From: an uncultured Victivallales bacterium
GTDB lineage: Bacteria > Verrucomicrobiota > Lentisphaeria > Victivallales > UBA1829
DNA: 64,000 nucleotides
Assembly: GCA_964462755.1 (NCBI GenBank)
Contig: CAYWZD010000001.1
Span: 1,957 to 65,956, forward strand
Direction of reading: 5' to 3'
Shown: in pieces, positions 63,793 to 64,000 of the stretch
Layout: each line of letters begins with the position of its first letter
Position numbering within the stretch: position 1 is the first letter of the stretch
Program-made: the position numbers and the translations under genes
Notes under the pieces: generated by a model
The model's database searches: none
What the model was told of the DNA's origin: nothing
What the model saw: only the letters and a program-made list of their open reading frames with translations

Positions 63793-64000
63793 TGTTCCAG
63801 ATGACAGAGGGACAGCGCCTTCCGCAATTCTTCGGCGGATACCTTTTCCTTCGATTCAAAGAAAAGAATCACCTCGCGTCCGGGCATCACAGGAAGGCTG
63901 TTGTCGCTGAAGCGGCCCGGAATTCCGGCAGTCTCGAGCGTAACGAAAAAGGCGGGGGCATTTGAAGTCAGCCGTACGGCGGGACGGTCTTCCAGAATCA
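63777..64000 (-). CDS. C-terminal fragment of a glycosidase (GH2 beta-mannosidase-like tail, tentative); N-terminus lies beyond the window edge
   Basis: Not in the track. My reverse-strand translation is ...ILEDRPAVRLTSNAPAFFVTLETAGIPGRFSDNSLPVMPGREVILFFESKEKVSAEELRKALSLCHLEQAARI*. The pattern 'G.FSDN.L...PGE' is typical of the last domain of GH2 beta-mannosidases (from memory). Confidence 0.45.
   Translation of the reverse strand, partial: ILEDRPAVRLTSNAPAFFVTLETAGIPGRFSDNSLPVMPGREVILFFESKEKVSAEELRKALSLCHLEQAARI

Noticed and set aside
1-64000. I searched by eye for CRISPR arrays, tRNA/rRNA/tmRNA genes, integrases or transposases, toxin-antitoxin pairs, and restriction or other defence genes.
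   Set aside because: I saw no regularly spaced direct repeats, no T-loop/anticodon-arm-like cloverleaf candidates, and no recombinase, nuclease or ATPase defence motifs in any translated frame. The window looks like core or accessory metabolic chromosome rather than a mobile or defence island. A by-eye scan cannot exclude small RNAs.

Overview
This 64-kb chromosomal window is densely coding, roughly mid-50s % GC by eye (not computed), and almost entirely devoted to glycan sensing, uptake and breakdown. All calls come from reading the supplied translations and the DNA by eye. No database search, HMM, folding or alignment program was run, so family names are tentative.

Content:
- About 40 CDS in long, tightly coupled operons (many ATGA or 4-8 nt overlaps).
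- Five sugar-type regulators: three LacI, one GntR-HTH/sugar-binding hybrid and one AraC.
- One large sodium:solute symporter.
- Recognisable glycosidase-like proteins: GH4, GH9, GH95-like, two GH110-like beta-helix proteins, a GH28-related beta-helix protein, a 'PFWAWN...GGFFMH' jelly-roll type, and a GH2-like C-terminal fragment.
- Three Gfo/Idh/MocA oxidoreductases.
- A rare-sugar-type operon (mutarotase-like, transketolase, FucI-like isomerase, Zn-ADH, FGGY kinase).
- Four 'prepilin-type N-terminal methylation + H-X9-DG' genes. These suggest a PVC-superphylum host (Lentisphaerota/Victivallales-like), which is inference only.
- I saw no rRNA, tRNA, CRISPR, transposase, integrase or phage genes.

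Most interesting:
1. A glycyl-radical enzyme (GRE) and its activase sit in a LacI-controlled carbohydrate operon. The GRE is short (716 aa). It has an intact Gly loop, but its Cys loop (G-C-N-W-M) lacks the Cys+2 Glu of known eliminases and the Cys-Cys pair of PFL. It is flanked by two Gfo/Idh/MocA oxidoreductases and a cytoplasmic beta-helix protein.
2. The same cassette occurs four times: an H-X9-DG pseudopilin-like gene followed by giant secreted proteins of unknown function and/or LamG or CBM9-like modules. This looks like a PVC-style polysaccharide-utilisation unit. None of the four pseudopilin-like proteins has the canonical Gly at -1.
3. A transketolase-dependent catabolic operon has two near-identical CG-centred operators bracketing its promoter.

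Several promoter, operator and hairpin signals are also reported.
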